DNA of 32,000 bases from Candidatus Nanohalobium constans (GTDB lineage: Archaea > Nanohalarchaeota > Nanosalinia > Nanosalinales > Nanosalinaceae): the NCBI RefSeq assembly GCF_009617975.1, contig NZ_CP040089.1, positions 510,001 to 542,000 on the forward strand. The letters are read 5' to 3'. Both the position numbers and the translations under genes were made by a program. The notes beneath the pieces are model-generated. The model searched no databases. It saw only the letters and a list, made by a program, of their open reading frames with translations, and was not told the DNA's origin. Shown here piece after piece: positions 17,683 to 26,681 of this stretch; position 1 is the first letter of the stretch, and the number at the start of each line of letters is the position of its first letter.

Positions 17683-17701
17683 ACTCCGATTTACGGAGTC
17701 A
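17683..17701 (-). terminator. Perfect 7-bp hairpin (GACTCCG-loop-CGGAGTC) downstream of the 17759-18511 gene
   Basis: It lies about 58 nt after the stop of the minus-strand gene. It could be a terminator-like hairpin or part of the adjacent RNA element. Confidence 0.2.
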
Positions 17702-17758
17702 CTAACGGTATACATCCAAACTGTTAACACAGTACCGGAATTACCCTATTCTTTTGAA

Positions 17759-18511
17759 CTAACTTGTTATCTCCGCTTTTGCCACCAGCTTGAGAAATAC
17801 TAGCCAAGACACTCCCAGACCTGTTACTGAGATGGCTGCGACTGCTGGAAGGGAAAGAAAGCGCTTGTCTATTACACCGAGATAGAATGTGGCTCCCGTC
17901 AACATTCCAAGCCAGTAGAGAAAGATTCTGGGCTTCCTGACATCTTTACCTGTTGAGATCTGACCTTTGATTCTGGTCTCGGAGAACGGAGAGTTCCATG
18001 CAATACCGGTCTTAGTACAGCTATCCTCCAACATATGAAGAAACGCTCCGATCATGTACGCAGAGAGAAAAGCCAGCAGATAGAACGGAGCCAACAACTC
18101 CAAGGACAACAGAACCGGCACCAGGTAGACGCCTGTCAAAACCGTCATCGTAAACACTCCCAGCACTGAGTGTGAGAATGTTCTATGCTTCTCCTCAAAA
18201 CAGTAATCCTCCGAGGTCAGGAACTCAAGTAACTTCACCACCGGCTTGTAAATCAAGTACTTAGTAGAGTAACCAAAAACCGGTAGCACAGGACCCACCA
18301 AATTGTTTACAGCACTTCCAAAATCGCCGCTCAAACCTCTGACATCCCTATGAAAAACAGCTGCATCCGGAGCATCAACATCAGGAATCAAAGAACCTAT
18401 AGCAACACCGAAAAACAAAGTAAACACCAATAACTCCGCACGCAGCAGAAAAGGCGCCAGAACTACGGAAACAGAAGCCACAGAAAGCATCAAGTGCTGT
18501 CTTCCAAGCAT
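17759..18511 (-). CDS. Membrane-bound metal-dependent hydrolase (DUF457/YdjM family)
   Basis: MLGRQHLMLS, GSLIPDVDAPD, HRTFSHS and HMLEDSCT are His/Asp metal-ligand motifs on a polytopic membrane scaffold, typical of DUF457. Confidence 0.7.
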   Translation of the reverse strand: MLGRQHLMLSVASVSVVLAPFLLRAELLVFTLFFGVAIGSLIPDVDAPDAAVFHRDVRGLSGDFGSAVNNLVGPVLPVFGYSTKYLIYKPVVKLLEFLTSEDYCFEEKHRTFSHSVLGVFTMTVLTGVYLVPVLLSLELLAPFYLLAFLSAYMIGAFLHMLEDSCTKTGIAWNSPFSETRIKGQISTGKDVRKPRIFLYWLGMLTGATFYLGVIDKRFLSLPAVAAISVTGLGVSWLVFLKLVAKAEITS

Positions 18512-18603
18512 ACTTATAGCATTGAGAAAAACTTGGGTTTAAAGCTTTATCAAAAAACCTTTAGGAATTCAAACAGCACTTAGCGACCTGCCAAACACAG
18601 TTA

Positions 18604-19680
18604 TTACATCAACAGCAGTATAATAGGCGCTAACAGAAGTATTGCTGTGAAAGCTGTCAGGTAGAGGTCGTTAAGCATCAATGTATTGAAAGCCTTCTGA
18701 ATTCCAGAGTAGACTTCCTGGTAGAAGAAGAGCACTACACAGGTAACGACAAATATCGAACCTGTAAGGATTAAAGCCATCTTCATGGCTACCTCCGAGC
18801 TTATTACTGCTGCAGCCATGATGTTACTGATCATTGTCGTGAGGTTAGCTCCCATCAGGTACGGGATAATTTCCTTTCTCTTGAAGTAACCGTTATTATA
18901 CATGGGAACAATTATACCGACGGATAGGGCTACACTGGTTGAGAGAAGAGTTATCACTGCTCCGATTCCAAAGGAGATCCATTTGCTGGACATCTGGAAA
19001 CGCAGGTACTTAGAACGGAACTTATCCTCGCCTATCCCTTTGAATGATTGATCAAACGCCTTCAAGCTTAACAACAGCACTCCAATAGAAATAGGGAAGA
19101 GGATTGTGGAAGGCAAGTTTCTGGACAGTATCGATGTAAAAGGTCCGAACAACATGTCAAGACCATAGTTAAATGCCGAAGGCGCCTGAACCTCAAGGAA
19201 CGAAAGATCAAAGTTTTCCAAGGCGAGGTAACCTATCAGGATTGCCGGGATGTAGACAGTGTAAGTTGTTAGGAACTGGAGTAATCCGATGCTACATGAA
19301 TCCCGGATATCATCGCTTTTACCCTGAAAGTATTCGAGTAAGCCGATGAAGATCACGATAAATGTTGCTCCAAGCCTGGAACCTGAGATAAACATGTAGA
19401 CCATGGAAGGATCAATCAAACCGGATTCGAAGAAAGCTATTCCGATAGCACCAGAAGTAGCACCGTTTAAAACCGTGTAAGCGAGCAGCCAGCCCGCACC
19501 CAGAGCGGATAAGTCGCCTGTGACGAGCGTTCCGACCACTCCTTTGAGTGTTTCTGCGACTGCCTGTGTGGACTCTCCGAGCAGTTGAAGACCGAATACG
19601 AAGAACAGTATTGATCCGGCTGCGAGCAGCAGTCTCTCCTTCCCATCCATATGTGAAAAATTATTATAGTCCGGAGTCAT
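18604..19680 (-). CDS. Na+/phosphate cotransporter-like (PF02690-type) membrane protein
   Basis: Polytopic membrane protein. FGLQLLGESTQAVAETLKG and MGANLTTMISNIMAA resemble the duplicated NptA repeat motifs (GMxxMsxGLq, GaNiGTT). The start could instead be the internal Met at 19650. Confidence 0.55.
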   Translation of the reverse strand: MTPDYNNFSHMDGKERLLLAAGSILFFVFGLQLLGESTQAVAETLKGVVGTLVTGDLSALGAGWLLAYTVLNGATSGAIGIAFFESGLIDPSMVYMFISGSRLGATFIVIFIGLLEYFQGKSDDIRDSCSIGLLQFLTTYTVYIPAILIGYLALENFDLSFLEVQAPSAFNYGLDMLFGPFTSILSRNLPSTILFPISIGVLLLSLKAFDQSFKGIGEDKFRSKYLRFQMSSKWISFGIGAVITLLSTSVALSVGIIVPMYNNGYFKRKEIIPYLMGANLTTMISNIMAAAVISSEVAMKMALILTGSIFVVTCVVLFFYQEVYSGIQKAFNTLMLNDLYLTAFTAILLLAPIILLLM

Positions 19681-19697
19681 AAAATCAATCCAAAGCC

Positions 19698-20219
19698 ATG
19701 ACCGAGTTCGAACAAGAACCAGAAAAGGAACACGAACAGGAGTTCGAAGATCTGGACAGCTTCGGACAGTCCAAACCAGAAGAGTACTCAGGACTGAAAG
19801 ACAGACTAGGCGAAGACGAGGAAATCCGGATGATGTCCACAGCCAAACTCAAGAAAGACGACAAATCAGTAATCTGCCTAACCAACAAGAGAGCACTAAT
19901 ATTCAACTCAGACACAGCCAAACTACTCGGAAAAAGAAACAAGTTCGAAGACATCAAACTCGGACAGATACACGACATACAAGTAGAAGAACGCAAAGAC
20001 TTCGACAAACTCGTAATCACCACAAAGTCCGGCAAAAAAGAAATAATGACGCCAGAAGGCAAAGGAGTACAGATATCAGGACTGATCAGAAAACAACAAG
20101 ACCTACAGGAAAAAGACCCTGCCGAACAACTGGAGAAGATAGGTTCAGAAAAAGAGAAAGGAAACATAACAGAAGAAGAATACCAGGACAAAAAAGACGA
20201 CCTCATGGACCAGATATGA
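19698..20219 (+). CDS. PH-like (YokE/bPH-type) domain protein with a C-terminal SHOCT domain
   Basis: VICLTNKRALIFNSD...KLVITTKSGKK resembles a bacterial PH fold. The C-terminal KGNITEEEYQDKKDDLMDQI is a SHOCT motif. Confidence 0.6.
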   Translation: MTEFEQEPEKEHEQEFEDLDSFGQSKPEEYSGLKDRLGEDEEIRMMSTAKLKKDDKSVICLTNKRALIFNSDTAKLLGKRNKFEDIKLGQIHDIQVEERKDFDKLVITTKSGKKEIMTPEGKGVQISGLIRKQQDLQEKDPAEQLEKIGSEKEKGNITEEEYQDKKDDLMDQI

Positions 20220-20437
20220 AAAAACACACATGCCGCAGAATCGCAGCAACAGTATTCCTAACATCCACACTACTCACAGTACTCCTACTGCAGAAACTGG
20301 AATTTAACCAGCTAATCTCAATCACATCAGCAATATTCATAGGAAGCATCACCGCAGGAATCTGGCTAGAAACCTCATATCGATTCCTGGTTAAACAGGC
20401 AACAGCTCCTCTGGACAAACTAGTAGAAAAACTCTAA
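20216..20437 (+). CDS. Small two-TM membrane protein, start coupled to the upstream stop (ATGA)
   Basis: 73 aa with two hydrophobic segments. The ATG at 20216 overlaps the TGA at 20217-20219 of the preceding gene. Confidence 0.45.
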   Translation: MKKHTCRRIAATVFLTSTLLTVLLLQKLEFNQLISITSAIFIGSITAGIWLETSYRFLVKQATAPLDKLVEKL

Positions 20438-20457
20438 ACCACCTAATCGGAGATTCA

Positions 20458-21123
20458 TCAGCCCTTAAACATTTTGTAAAACGCGTTAAAGTACGCCGAC
20501 AATGTTTTCCTCCTGCCTTTCCTGATTGTTTCCTTCATAGTTTCTGTTGCGTTCTCTGTAACCCCTTCTCCATGCCCACAGAAAATTCTCTCCGGTTCAA
20601 AATCCAAAAGTTTATGAGGTGGATTGAAACGGTACAAAGGACTCATTCCAAGTTTTTCTCCTCTTCCGCAGAGATGTCTGGCTGTACCTAGAGAATCAGC
20701 CACAATCAAAGACTTGGTTCCTCTGTGATAGAGAGCTGCCTCCTTGCTTACTTTGGAGTTGATGACCGTGTGGATCTCCCAATCAGTACCAGGAACTTTC
20801 TCCGATATTTTCCTTACTTCTGCATCCAATTCTCTTTCAAACCATTCAGGAACATACACAGGGCAATCATACCTCCCTGCCAACTCCACAGAATCACGCA
20901 CATGCCGACTGAATAATATTATAATGCCTCCAACCTCACCAAACTCGCTAATTTTGTCGTCGAGATTTTCAGCATCCACAGGATCAACCAAATAAACACC
21001 GTCATCCACAAACGCATGACTGGTTCTCATCATGTTTTCTTCCGGTTTCGCAATCCAGCCAAAACCATTCTCCCACTCATCGATGAACTCGGCTTTTCTT
21101 AGTTCGTCAATCTTGATAACCAT
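20458..21123 (-). CDS. Hypothetical protein, possibly a degenerate MBL-fold protein
   Basis: 221 aa. The RTSHAFVDDGVYLVDPVDA...ILFSRHVRD...PVYVP...CGHGEG layout resembles a beta-lactamase fold, but the HxHxDH motif is not intact. Confidence 0.35.
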   Translation of the reverse strand: MVIKIDELRKAEFIDEWENGFGWIAKPEENMMRTSHAFVDDGVYLVDPVDAENLDDKISEFGEVGGIIILFSRHVRDSVELAGRYDCPVYVPEWFERELDAEVRKISEKVPGTDWEIHTVINSKVSKEAALYHRGTKSLIVADSLGTARHLCGRGEKLGMSPLYRFNPPHKLLDFEPERIFCGHGEGVTENATETMKETIRKGRRKTLSAYFNAFYKMFKG

Positions 21124-21216
21124 AAAGCCAACATAGACTCCGAAACTAAAGAAACTACAGCCTATTTTTCAATTTATCAAAATTAATTTTTCACGAACAG
21201 TGCGAAGACTTAGAAT

Positions 21217-21717
21217 TTACTTACAAATACATTTGTGACCTGAATTACTCATTCCAACAATATGATTGTGAACGGCCTCAGCCAACCTGAACATTTTTTC
21301 CGCTCTACCTTTTGAAGGTAATCCGTCTCTGTAATATGTTTTCGAACGGTTGTCCTTCCACAGATTTTTGATTCTCTGTTCAAAGTCTTCATCGAAAAGT
21401 CCGGCCTGTCTACCTAGCCTATAGATTTTCTCGTGATCAAATAGTGGTTCTCCTTCATCAATCAATTTTTTCTCAAGCAGGTATGCCTGTATGCTTCGCT
21501 CAATTGAAATGAAGCAAGCGTCAATAATGATTATATAATGGCTCTCGTCCTTTTCCAGTAACTTTTCAGATGCATCAAGTAATCTACAGGACTTTCTCAA
21601 CTGCAACTTCATTGAGTCCTCTGTATTTAAACCATTCTCTATTTCCTCATGTGGAGGACTCTCATCAAACTTAGATATTGCCTCTTCCAGTGCATCCTCC
21701 ATATCACTGTTTGTCAT
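21217..21717 (-). CDS. HEPN-domain protein (cognate of the upstream nucleotidyltransferase)
   Basis: 166 aa and predicted all-helical. It has an R-x5-H match (RLAEAVH) near the C-terminus. It overlaps the MNT gene by 4 nt, the classic MNT-HEPN arrangement. Confidence 0.6.
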   Translation of the reverse strand: MTNSDMEDALEEAISKFDESPPHEEIENGLNTEDSMKLQLRKSCRLLDASEKLLEKDESHYIIIIDACFISIERSIQAYLLEKKLIDEGEPLFDHEKIYRLGRQAGLFDEDFEQRIKNLWKDNRSKTYYRDGLPSKGRAEKMFRLAEAVHNHIVGMSNSGHKCICK

Positions 21718-22385
21718 CCAAACACAGCCTCCTTTAGGTTTTCCAGTTTCTTGGTTCTATGAAGGACTAAACCTTCACTGAAAATATTTCTTATCCTTTC
21801 TCCTCTCTTTTCTGTGGTTTCAACTGATTCAACAAGAGCCTCGAACTCATACCTTTGACCCCCAATCTCCTTTTCCTCCAATTCAGATACAACATTAGTT
21901 ACCTGCCTCCTAGCAGAAGTAAGATCGTCTTCCACTATTACAAGCACATCGATGTCGCTCGCTCTGTCTGCTTCACCACGAGCAACACTTCCAAAAACCA
22001 AAATACCTGCTACATAATCAACCTCGCCTAAGACTTCCTCTTTAAATCTTCTTACAGGCTCTCTGAAAGAATCCTGAGGAATCGAAAAAATTGGGTCACT
22101 TGGCTTGTCAACCTTCTCAGTATTCAAACTGATCAAGTTTTTCTTACCTTCAACCTCTGTAGTAATGAGGTCTAAGCTTCCCAGCACTTCTACCCCCTTC
22201 TGAGTACTACTCCAGCCTCTACCCGTCAATTCCTGAAGCTGAGACTTGGAAAACTTCTGATAAGGATTATTAACCAGCAACTCCAAAATCTCCGAAACAG
22301 ACCCCGAACTAAAAACCCGTTCATCCGGCAACGGCAAATCAATACGAACACTAGCCACCTCATTACCATCTCCCATAAATACCAC
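21714..22385 (-). CDS. Minimal nucleotidyltransferase (MNT) with an N-terminal winged-helix domain
   Basis: GILVFGSVARGEADRASDIDVLVIVED matches the pol-beta-type GS-x9-13-DxD motif. The N-terminal 90 aa or so (SVSEILELLVNNPYQKFSKSQLQELTGRGWSSTQKGVEVLGSLDLI) look like a wHTH. Confidence 0.8.
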   Translation of the reverse strand: MVFMGDGNEVASVRIDLPLPDERVFSSGSVSEILELLVNNPYQKFSKSQLQELTGRGWSSTQKGVEVLGSLDLITTEVEGKKNLISLNTEKVDKPSDPIFSIPQDSFREPVRRFKEEVLGEVDYVAGILVFGSVARGEADRASDIDVLVIVEDDLTSARRQVTNVVSELEEKEIGGQRYEFEALVESVETTEKRGERIRNIFSEGLVLHRTKKLENLKEAVFG

Positions 22386-22478
22386 CTAACCTATTATTCG
22401 GAGAGAACACTTATAAACTAAACCAAATACCTCTCCACTTTCCAGAGTATACTCCGAAAAACGGAGATAAAAAATATC

Positions 22479-25400
22479 TTATTTAGAAACTTCACCAAAC
22501 TTCTCCAAAACCCTCTCCTTCTCATTCTCTCCAGCATCCAAGGACTCCAAGACAGTCTCAACCTCTTCCCTAGTCAAATCATACAAGTCGAAGACGATCG
22601 CATCAATTAATTCATCAGTCTCCTGAATCTCCTCTTCCAGTTCCTCAGCTTCTTCCCTGTTCTCGATGAATTTTTCCAGGCCTTGCTCTACATCATCCAG
22701 CTTCGGCAAAGTCAACTTCTCTAATCTGTCGACAATGGAATTAGTCTTTGTGGCCGATTCTCTGAAGTCTGCGAAACCACCGGCTTCATCAACCGCCAAC
22801 TTTGTAAACTCCTGAACCAGGCTCCTCATCTCCTTGCACAGGCCTGTGAACTTCATCGCCGGAACTTTACCTGTTTCAAGGTAACCCCATTGATCCAACT
22901 CACTCTCATCAATACCTTCACTGTCCTCAGGCTTGTAACGAGCAGAAACTTTCAAGATTAGTTGGTCGTTGCTTTCCTCAAACTCCACACTACCAATCCT
23001 CAAACTATCCCTATCAGCAGAAGTATCACTCACAACCTCATCAGAAAGGCCTTCAACAGGACTGTAAAGATCACCGAGGGTTTTTCCGTCTGAGTAATTT
23101 CCAAGATAGTCCTGGATGTCTAAGTTGATCGTGTTGAGTTCTGATTTATCCTTAGAGATCTTCTCTACAAGATTGCTTATTTTCTCTTGTGATCTGTCTT
23201 TACTGGTTATTGGCAGGTCTTTCAGATACATTCTATTGTACCGGTAGTATCCGCCTTTCACGGTAGTTGACTGAATGGAGAAAATGGCGGTAAGCAACTT
23301 TGATGATAGTACCCCGTTCAGGTAGGCAATATCTGCTTCTGAAGATTCTGGAATCAAAGAATATGTGGTATGTAGTGTGTTTCTTGATTCTCTATCGTAG
23401 GCAAATCTATTTTCTTTTGACATGTTGCAGATTACTAACTTTTCTACTTCTTGATTCATCGGCTGTCTCTCGTTCCAGAGCTCATACCATTCTTTGCCGG
23501 CGTCCAAGACATAATCTCTATCTCTCAAGTCTTTCTCATGTTCTTTAAGATATTCATAGGCTTCAGTGCCTCTTAGTTCATCCTCAGGAATAACTTCATA
23601 ATCTCCATTTTCTTCTCGGTAAGGGAAAATTATGTACTGATCTGACTCAATATTGTACTTTGAAATTGAGTCTCCTGGTATTACCTCTTTAACTAAATCG
23701 TCTTCTAGTTCTTTTGCTGTTTCCTGGTTTACAACAAAAATATCTGTACTTCCACCCGGATCAATTCCTTTTGAAATATGCTCAAATACGCTATCCAGAG
23801 CAACCGTTTCTTCAGAGGCTTTCAGTTTCTTCGAGATTTCATACAGCTCGCTTCCATATTTACTCAAGTTCCAAGTATCTTCATCTAATACACTATAACT
23901 TATCCGATTGAATTCTTTTTGTTCGACATCTGATCGCTGAGAAATTTTCTTGTATTCTATTTCATCACTGTCATCAGGAGAACTCTTCTGAGCCATAAAT
24001 ACACAGGTGTAAGTGATAACATCCTCAAATACTTGGAACTCAGAGAAATCAATATATTGCTTCAAAGTTGCAGAATCCAAAAAGAATTTTCTCAGATCCT
24101 TTCCTGACTGAGTTTCTGTAAATTTAGAAGGCATGATGTATGAAAAATTCTGCTCTTGAGCTGCTATCTGTTCTGCTTTTTCTGTAAACGGAATATATAG
24201 GTCAAATTTACCGCTAACTGTAGAGTAATTATCTCGGAAGAAATCTTTCATCTCTTCTGGCATAGTCTGAACTTTGACATATGGAGGATTGCCGACTACT
24301 GCATCAAATCCTTCTTGCTCTCCAAAAAAGACCTTAGGGAATTCTAGTTGCCAGTGGAAGTAGTTGCGGTTTTCTGAGTCTTTTTCGGCGTTTTTGTACC
24401 ATTCTTCGTCTTTGAATTGTTTTAGGTCTTCGTGTACGAATCCTGTGAATCTGTGGTATTCGTCTGTTGAGAGTTCTCCGTTGAAGTGTTGGTATGTGTG
24501 GACATTGGAGATTTTCTTGACATTCTGGTATACAATGTTTTCTTGGATGAATTCTTTGTATTTCTGTTCTTTTTCGTGGATCTGTTTTACGCTGTTTTCT
24601 GGCATCTGTTCTATTTTTCTGTATTGGTTTCTGAGGATTCTTTTTCCGTCTTCTATGAAGTCTCCGAAATCTGATAGGTTTTCAGAGTCTCTGGAATCAA
24701 CATTTGGATGTGTCTGAATATCATCTATGTCGGATCCAATTAGGCTGTTTCCGTGTTTGAGGTGGTGGTCTAGGAAGTTCAAGGGTTTTCCTTCTGCCAT
24801 TGTTTCTATCCAGAGACTTAGTTTTCCTAGTTCTACTGCGAGTTCGTTGATGTCGACTCCGTATATGCAGTTCTGTACTACTTGTCTCTTTGCCCAGTTC
24901 AACTCGTCTTCGTTTTCGTCTATTTCTTGTTTTTCTAGGTCTGCGTTTTCTACTAGTTTGTTGGCGATGTATTCTGTTGCTTCTGTTAGGAAGTGTCCTG
25001 ATCCCATTGCTGGGTCGCAGACATTCAGTTCTAGGACTTTTGGTAGAACATTCTCATTGTTTTCTTCTGCTTGTTCAATTTTTTCTTCTACTTTGGGCCC
25101 GACGGTGTTTTCTACTATGTATTCTACGATGTATTCTGGTGTGTAGTACGAGCCTGTGGCTTTTCTTTCGCCTGATTCGTTTGTGAGGTAGAGCTCGTTT
25201 TCCTCTACTCTCTTCTCTTCATCAAAGCTTTCCCAGTCTTTGCTTGTTTCTGAGAAGTTTTGCCATTCTTCGTTTTTCAGGATTTTTCTTTCTTCTGCTG
25301 CTTTGAATTGGTGTTCTAGGAGTCCTTCGTAGACGCTTCCTAAGTGCCGAATGTTTAAATCCTTGTAGTCGAGTATTACTCTTTGTTCTTTTTCTTCATC

Positions 25401-26570
25401 GTAGTTTGTGGCTAAGAGTTCTAGTATTTCTTTGATGTAGCTTCCGTACAATTTGTTTTCTGCTAGGAATTGGTTTTCTTCTCCGTTTTCTTCGTCGAAT
25501 AGTCCTCCGTTGTAGGCAGGTATTTCTGTTTCGTGTAGGTCGTATCCGTCGTCGATTCCTTCGAATAGTCTTGAGAGTCTGTTGTCCCAGGCGACCGTGG
25601 TGTCTTGGAATAGTGGGTCCTCCTCTTCTTCATCTATAATCATTCTCTTGAGCTCTGTCAATCCGAATGCTTGTCTGTATGCTTCGTCGTCTGTTGGCAA
25701 TAGGTCTCTGCTTTCTGCGTTTAGGATGAATAGTATCCGGTAAAGGAAGATCAGTGAGGAATGATGTACTAAGTCTATGTTTTCCTCAGTCTTTTCAATA
25801 TCGTTTGTCTCGAAGAATCCTTCTACTGCGACTTCTAATGCATTGTATACTTTGTCTTCTAAATCGTCTTCTAGGCTTTCGTTGTATTCGACTGATTGTT
25901 GGTAGACTTTTTCCAGGAATCCTTCTTCGAAGCTTTCAGCTCTAAAGAATAGGTAGAAGTACTTGAACTGTTCCAGTTTCTCGTCTGTCTTTTCTCCTGA
26001 TAGAAGTTCTTCTAGGTCTATTTCGAAGTATATGTCTGCTGCGCATTTTTCGTAGCTGTAGAGCCGCCATTTCTTTCCGTTTGTTAGTATTCCCCAGTCT
26101 GCCCTGAGTCTGTCGACATAGTTGTAGATCTGGAATGCCGGGTTAGTATGATCTTGTGTTGATTTGTCTAGTGTTCGGTTCCAGGCTTTGGCGTCTCCTA
26201 CTGCGTAGTTTACATCGAAGTGGCTTTTCTCATCGTCTTCGTGGACATCCATCTGCGTCTCCAAATCCATGAAAGTATAATCCGGATTCAGCATCGTGCC
26301 TTTCTTCTTAGAACCAACCCGAGTTCTGGCTTCTGGAACCCATTCATGACCTAAAAGCTTCAGAACCGGGTCGATAAACTTGTTCTGTGTCTGATCCTCG
26401 TTCAGTTTCTCCGACAGAAAACTCTGTTTCTCATCGTAAATCTCTTCCAGTTCGTCAAATTTTTCCTCAAAATCAGTTTCCTGCCATTCATCGAGGTCTT
26501 GGATTCGTTCTTCTAGAAAGTGGTTGGAGAAAAGGTTGTTTTTGTAGTTACTAACTGTTTTTTGACTCAC
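22479..26570 (-). CDS. Single-chain type IIG/IIL restriction-modification enzyme (N-terminal PD-(D/E)XK nuclease, gamma-class N6-adenine methyltransferase, C-terminal target-recognition region)
   Basis: The N-terminus has LFSNHFLEERI, NPDYTF...VGDAKAW (D...D-x-K) and WGILTNGKKWRLY. MTase motif I is CDPAMGSGHFL and motif IV is VVGNPPYV. The C-terminal tail is IDAIVFDLYDLTREEVETV. GTG start at 26570 with AGGTG 5 nt upstream. Confidence 0.9.
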   Translation of the reverse strand: MSQKTVSNYKNNLFSNHFLEERIQDLDEWQETDFEEKFDELEEIYDEKQSFLSEKLNEDQTQNKFIDPVLKLLGHEWVPEARTRVGSKKKGTMLNPDYTFMDLETQMDVHEDDEKSHFDVNYAVGDAKAWNRTLDKSTQDHTNPAFQIYNYVDRLRADWGILTNGKKWRLYSYEKCAADIYFEIDLEELLSGEKTDEKLEQFKYFYLFFRAESFEEGFLEKVYQQSVEYNESLEDDLEDKVYNALEVAVEGFFETNDIEKTEENIDLVHHSSLIFLYRILFILNAESRDLLPTDDEAYRQAFGLTELKRMIIDEEEEDPLFQDTTVAWDNRLSRLFEGIDDGYDLHETEIPAYNGGLFDEENGEENQFLAENKLYGSYIKEILELLATNYDEEKEQRVILDYKDLNIRHLGSVYEGLLEHQFKAAEERKILKNEEWQNFSETSKDWESFDEEKRVEENELYLTNESGERKATGSYYTPEYIVEYIVENTVGPKVEEKIEQAEENNENVLPKVLELNVCDPAMGSGHFLTEATEYIANKLVENADLEKQEIDENEDELNWAKRQVVQNCIYGVDINELAVELGKLSLWIETMAEGKPLNFLDHHLKHGNSLIGSDIDDIQTHPNVDSRDSENLSDFGDFIEDGKRILRNQYRKIEQMPENSVKQIHEKEQKYKEFIQENIVYQNVKKISNVHTYQHFNGELSTDEYHRFTGFVHEDLKQFKDEEWYKNAEKDSENRNYFHWQLEFPKVFFGEQEGFDAVVGNPPYVKVQTMPEEMKDFFRDNYSTVSGKFDLYIPFTEKAEQIAAQEQNFSYIMPSKFTETQSGKDLRKFFLDSATLKQYIDFSEFQVFEDVITYTCVFMAQKSSPDDSDEIEYKKISQRSDVEQKEFNRISYSVLDEDTWNLSKYGSELYEISKKLKASEETVALDSVFEHISKGIDPGGSTDIFVVNQETAKELEDDLVKEVIPGDSISKYNIESDQYIIFPYREENGDYEVIPEDELRGTEAYEYLKEHEKDLRDRDYVLDAGKEWYELWNERQPMNQEVEKLVICNMSKENRFAYDRESRNTLHTTYSLIPESSEADIAYLNGVLSSKLLTAIFSIQSTTVKGGYYRYNRMYLKDLPITSKDRSQEKISNLVEKISKDKSELNTINLDIQDYLGNYSDGKTLGDLYSPVEGLSDEVVSDTSADRDSLRIGSVEFEESNDQLILKVSARYKPEDSEGIDESELDQWGYLETGKVPAMKFTGLCKEMRSLVQEFTKLAVDEAGGFADFRESATKTNSIVDRLEKLTLPKLDDVEQGLEKFIENREEAEELEEEIQETDELIDAIVFDLYDLTREEVETVLESLDAGENEKERVLEKFGEVSK

Positions 26571-26681
26571 TGAGACACCTGTTCAATTTTCCGGGTCAGA
26601 TTCTTTTAGTATCTTTCCTGGCTATTTTTGAGTTGAAGATCATGGAAAGGAATTTTTGTATTTGCCTTTCTTAGTTTTTAC

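Noticed and set aside
19685-20227. 180-aa minus-strand ORF fully antisense to the PH/SHOCT gene
   Set aside because: The product is a Ser/Cys/Phe/Leu-rich low-complexity string with no motifs. The plus-strand frame has a recognisable SHOCT domain. Purine-rich GAA/AAA/GAC codons leave the antisense frames free of stops.
23300-25945. Multiple 60-140-aa plus-strand ORFs inside the type IIG RM gene
   Set aside because: All are antisense to a 1363-aa ORF that carries clear nuclease and methyltransferase motifs. Their products are S/F/L/C-rich low-complexity strings.
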